The notes beneath the pieces were generated by a model. The model searched no databases, was not told the DNA's origin, and was given only the letters and a program-made list of their open reading frames with translations. Made by a program: the position numbers and the translations under genes. Source: a virus (lineage: Duplodnaviria; Caudoviricetes). From it: a stretch of 25,117 nt of DNA. The stretch is from positions 1 through 25,117 of IMG/VR virus record IMGVR_UViG_3300034788_000938. One strand, written 5' to 3'. Shown here in pieces: positions 23,562 through 25,117 of the stretch. The first letter of the stretch is position 1. Each line of letters begins with the position of its first letter.

Positions 23562-24652
23562 TTAAAATTGCTATTATTGGAGCTGGCAATGCAGGTTGTG
23601 TAACAGCATTACACTTCCATAAATTTTTAACAGACGTTACTGATCAATTCGAGATTGAAATTTATCACAGTCCTCACTATCATCCAATAGAAAAAGTAGG
23701 ACAAGGAACTACTATTCAAGTCCCAGAATTAATTTCATCAGTACTTAATATCAATTGGTATCATAATCCAATAGGTGCTACATTTAAGACAGGTATATTA
23801 TATGAAGGTTGGGGTAAGAAAAATGATAAGATATTTCATCCATTTTTAATGCCAAATGCATCAATGCATTTTGTTCCTAAAAAGTTATCTGAGTGTGTAA
23901 TAGATTCAAATTTATTTAAAGTTCAAGAAAAAATCATAAGTAATCCAGAAAAAGATATAGATGCAAATCTTATTTTTGATTGCAGGGGAAGGCACAATAG
24001 AGATAAAAGTAATTATGATATTTTAATAAATCCATTGAATAGTGTTCTTCTTTCTAAAAAACATGAAAGAGACCCTGATTTAACCTATACTAGATGTGTG
24101 GCAACACCAAATGGTTGGACATTTGTGATTCCAAATCAAGATAGTGTATCCTATGGTTATTTGTATAATAATAGTATTACTAAAAAAGAAGATGCAATTA
24201 ATGACTTTACATCTAGATTTAATTTAGATAAAATAACTGATTGTCTTGATTTTGATAATTATATGGCAAAAAATTTCTACAATGGTAGTAGAACTATATT
24301 ACAGGGAAATATGTATGGATTCATAGAACCACTAGAAGCGACATCTGTTGCCTTTTATCAATTTATTTGTAGGCAGTCTTGGGATTTATTATTTGAATTG
24401 CAAACACCAAATTATTGTAATAATAAAATTAGGGAAAATATGAAACAACTTGAAAACATTATATTGTGGCACTATCAATACGGTTCAAAATATGACACAC
24501 CATTTTGGGAATATGCTAAATCTTTACCATTTAATCCTGATTCTAAATTTTTAGAAATGATAAGTGACTCTAATAATATGAATTCAAAAGAAATGTATGG
24601 TCAATGGCGAAAATGGAATTTTGATAATTGGAAAAAAGGTGTAGAAAGTTGA
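23558..24652 (+). CDS. Flavin-dependent halogenase (tryptophan halogenase family), compact form
   Basis: FAD motif IIGAGNAG; VGQGT; ATFK(77)TGI..EGW with Lys at the PrnA K79-equivalent position; GWTFVIP (variant of WxWxIP); GFIEPLEAT; TPFWEY. Confidence 0.85.
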   Translation: MIKIAIIGAGNAGCVTALHFHKFLTDVTDQFEIEIYHSPHYHPIEKVGQGTTIQVPELISSVLNINWYHNPIGATFKTGILYEGWGKKNDKIFHPFLMPNASMHFVPKKLSECVIDSNLFKVQEKIISNPEKDIDANLIFDCRGRHNRDKSNYDILINPLNSVLLSKKHERDPDLTYTRCVATPNGWTFVIPNQDSVSYGYLYNNSITKKEDAINDFTSRFNLDKITDCLDFDNYMAKNFYNGSRTILQGNMYGFIEPLEATSVAFYQFICRQSWDLLFELQTPNYCNNKIRENMKQLENIILWHYQYGSKYDTPFWEYAKSLPFNPDSKFLEMISDSNNMNSKEMYGQWRKWNFDNWKKGVES

Positions 24653-24706
24653 AAATTTATAGATACACTGTATCAGTTGTTCTAGAAACTCTACGTTTCT
24701 TTAAGA

Positions 24707-24733
24707 CCCGACTTGCAAAAGGCGGGATTTTTT
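24707..24733 (+). terminator. Intrinsic terminator after the halogenase gene
   Basis: Hairpin CCCG-A-CTT[GCAA]AAG-G-CGGG with a GNRA tetraloop and one A.G mismatch, followed by ATTTTTT. Confidence 0.7.
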
Positions 24734-24741
24734 GCTATAAT
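24713..24741 (+). promoter_or_regulatory. Sigma70 promoter for the methyltransferase gene
   Basis: TTGCAA (24713-24718), 17-nt spacer, TATAAT (24736-24741) with an extended -10 TG at 24733-24734. Confidence 0.78.
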
Positions 24742-24761
24742 GGGGTTAATATAATCATTAT

Positions 24762-25117
24762 ATGGCAAAGGAAAAGGATTTAGATAAGTTTTATACACAC
24801 CCTGACATTGCTAAAAGGTTTGTGGATATTGTCAATCAATACTATCCACTAGATGCTTTTGATATGGTCATAGAACCAGCTGCAGGGTGTGGAAATATAT
24901 TACAATATCTACCATCGAGTTCGGTAGGAATGGATATAGAACCAGAGGGTAGTAATATTATCAAACAAGATTTTTTCAAATATAATTCGCCATATCATCC
25001 ACTTACTAATAATATAAGAATCGCTACAGTTACTAACCCTCCATTTGGAACAGGTTATATGAATCCATTGGCAAAGGGTTTCTTTAATCACGCAGCAACT
25101 TTTAGTGAACTGATTGC
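24762..25117 (+). CDS. SAM-dependent DNA amino-methyltransferase (probably N6-adenine, gamma-type motif order), 3'-truncated
   Basis: Manual translation gives MAKEKDLDKFYTHP...VIEPAAGCGNIL...GMDIEP...KQDFF...VTNPPFG. This is motif X (FYT), motif I (EPxxGxG) and motif IV (NPPF). The frame is open to the window end. Confidence 0.88.
   Translation, partial: MAKEKDLDKFYTHPDIAKRFVDIVNQYYPLDAFDMVIEPAAGCGNILQYLPSSSVGMDIEPEGSNIIKQDFFKYNSPYHPLTNNIRIATVTNPPFGTGYMNPLAKGFFNHAATFSELI

Noticed and set aside
24662-24700. NtcA site upstream of the methyltransferase promoter
   Set aside because: No GTA-N8-TAC match; the palindrome has a different spacing.
24909-25091. 60-aa minus-strand ORF
   Set aside because: It is antisense to the methyltransferase, which has clear motifs and a promoter.

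Overview
AT-rich, gene-dense segment of a T4-like marine myophage. It most resembles picocyanobacterial (Prochlorococcus/Synechococcus) phages; this is judged from protein motifs, not a database search. Positions 1-21126 (+ strand) form a late structural module: a 5'-truncated virion protein, two collagen-like (Gly-X-Lys) tail fibres separated by a two-gene fibre-chaperone pair, a 64-aa protein, a 1955-aa virion/fibre protein with an S74 chaperone, an 872-aa fibre translationally coupled to an intact subtilisin-family (S8) protease, and a glycine-rich gp38-like adhesin. T4-type late promoter boxes (ATAAATA) sit at several gene junctions. Positions 21123-24652 form an accessory enzyme island: four 2OG-Fe(II) oxygenases and a flavin-dependent halogenase-like gene, driven by two overlapping divergent sigma70 promoters. 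The window ends in a terminator/promoter and a 3'-truncated DNA amino-methyltransferase absent from the ORF track. The leading hypotheses are a protease-armed fibre tip, fibre-tip switching through exact repeats shared by the two collagen fibre genes, and lysine hydroxylation of the collagen fibres by the adjacent oxygenases. No tRNA, rRNA, CRISPR, integrase or reverse transcriptase was seen.
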